A stretch of 63,968 nt of DNA, the filler included, from Octopus bimaculoides (Eukaryota): NCBI RefSeq assembly GCF_001194135.2. It is 8 parts of 7 records of this genome, joined end to end, with 100 filler letters (N's around TTAATTAATTAA, not from the genome) between each part and the next. Parts side by side here need not be neighbours in the genome. Positions count along the whole stretch, not along the records: positions 62,769 to 63,968 come from NC_069000.1; 7 more parts are not named here. One strand, written 5' to 3'. Every line of letters begins with the position of its first letter. Position 1 is the first letter of the stretch. Below the pieces are notes generated by a model, which searched no databases, had not been told where the DNA came from, and saw only the letters and a program-made list of their open reading frames with translations. Position numbers and translations under genes: made by a program. This document shows positions 63,771 to 63,968 of this stretch, one piece after another.

Positions 63771-63771
<1 letters not shown>

Positions 63772-63968
63772 ATTAAGAGTATGAAGACCGGGAAAGCCCC
63801 CGGCCCATCAGGAATCACTGCAGAGATGCTCAAAATATCTGGCAGTGTTGGCTATAGCCTAGTCACCCGTATTACGAACCAGGTGATACACGAAGGAGTC
63901 ATACCCTATGACTGGTGTAGCAGCATCATAGTCAACTGCTACAAAGGTAAAGGGGACGCTTTAGATAC
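63771..63968 (+). mobile_element. Young RTE LINE, start of the RT domain, runs off the window
   Basis: Open frame IKSMKTGKAPGPSGITAEMLK...IPYDWCSSIIVNCYKGKGDALD. Confidence 0.92.

Noticed and set aside
333-63772. Most ORF-track entries (poly-HT, YI, CV, SL, ER, poly-X)
   Set aside because: Translations of microsatellites, SINE consensus or N gaps; no coding signal.
1-63968. CRISPR arrays, operons or other prokaryotic systems
   Set aside because: The sequence is eukaryotic, and no regularly spaced repeat-spacer array or dense coding region is present.

Overview
Eukaryotic, AT-rich, repeat-dense draft scaffold with many N gaps. Seven gaps contain an artificial TTAATTAATTAA spacer. The SINE families, RTE LINEs and extreme microsatellite load suggest an octopus or other coleoid cephalopod; this is inferred from recalled repeat families, not from a search. 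I cannot identify any host protein-coding gene with confidence, and most ORFs in the track are microsatellite or gap artefacts. Well-supported content: three or more tRNA-derived SINE families in many copies, RTE LINE fragments of different ages, a decayed mariner transposase, a restriction-like-endonuclease LINE relic, hAT and piggyBac MITEs with visible target-site duplications, Penelope-like elements carrying a variant hammerhead fold, a ~235-bp-arm foldback and a tandem ~0.6-kb triplication. Indirect evidence points to hidden transcription units. A CpG-depleted domain at ~24-43 kb looks like a methylated + strand gene body. Two candidate promoters carry inverted E-box pairs (~19.4-19.6 kb and ~46.3-46.5 kb). 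A canonical-looking pre-miRNA hairpin (33218-33280) lies inside the CpG-poor domain. These, plus the foldback and the hammerhead variant, are the best leads. Boundaries were read by eye and are approximate to within ~10-20 bp unless stated.
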